Shown: piece after piece, positions 63,020 through 64,000 of the stretch | How positions within the stretch are numbered: the stretch's first letter is position 1 | How the letters are laid out: each line of letters opens with the position of its first letter | Origin: Macrostomum lignano | Lineage: Eukaryota | Direction: 5' to 3' | DNA length: 64,000 nt | NCBI GenBank assembly: GCA_002269645.1 | Contig: NIVC01000023.1 | Coordinates: 1,240,001 to 1,304,000 of the forward strand | Program-made: the position numbers and the translations under genes | Notes under the pieces: model-generated | The model's input: only the letters and a program-made list of their open reading frames with translations | What the model was told of the DNA's origin: nothing | Databases searched by the model: none

Positions 63020-63370
63020 TTAAAGGCGCAACGTCATCGGCGACATCGTCCGACAAACAGCAGTGAGAGGCAATTCTGCCCATTCCCCTGACTCCTGAGC
63101 ACAAAGCAAGCGCGCAAATACTGTACACATGCCCGCACTCATACACACGCTCACACAGGGTGTACAGCGGCCCTGACATTTTAAGCCGTCAGGTATGTAC
63201 ACTCTCTGCGCCTGGGGGGGGTGGCCCTCATGGCCATGGCTGTGAATTGCACGACAACCCCCAGGCACGGACTACTTCACTGTCGTTCTACTTTAGAGTC
63301 CGTGCCCCCCCCCAGGGTCAGTTTTCGTGCGCACAAGCCCCAAAGGAATCGAACCAGCTGGGTTGTGTCA
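63020..63370 (-). mobile_element. SINE family-1-related subfamily copy
   Basis: Shares gagaggca..ctgcccatt, cacacgctcacacagggtgtacagcggccc and gtacactctctgcgcctgggggggg; reversed B box ggaatcgaacc at about 63345. Confidence 0.7.
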
Positions 63371-63524
63371 TTTGTCAACAGACAGACAACAGACAGACTA
63401 ACTACAGACTAACTACAGACAGACAAACTAACAGACAGACAGCCTCTCTGTCCCTTGATGACGTAAAAACTTGCCTCCTTCGATGGCGAGCTGTATTGAG
63501 ACGCATTGGATTTGCTGAAATGAC

Positions 63525-64000
<476 letters not shown>

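Overview
This window is eukaryotic (metazoan) genomic DNA. GC-rich exons, GT-AG introns filled with minisatellites, and tRNA-derived SINEs suggest a flatworm such as Macrostomum; that assignment is inference only. I reconstructed four spliced genes by hand with consistent intron phases: HAT1 (minus, 7 exons, 432 aa), a two-LIM CSRP/muscle-LIM protein (plus, with two candidate frame-preserving cassette exons), a monoglyceride-lipase-like alpha/beta hydrolase (minus, 5 exons, 295 aa) and an orphan 3-exon ORF (plus, 168 aa). Nearly all long ORFs in the supplied track are artefacts of about 25 tandem arrays with 14-72 bp units, many of which fill individual introns. The rest is transposon-derived: an RT-less LINE with RNase H, two tRNA-SINE families (one CORE-like), a deleted Tc1, foldback/MITE elements, a MULE fossil and Helitron-like pieces. 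The most unusual observations are intron-specific arrays (including CCAAT-box arrays in HAT1), a duplicated 3' splice-site module fused to a nested SINE downstream of HAT1, CSRP micro-exons, and a possible trans-splice or operon junction before the lipase. I found no CRISPR array or prokaryotic system.
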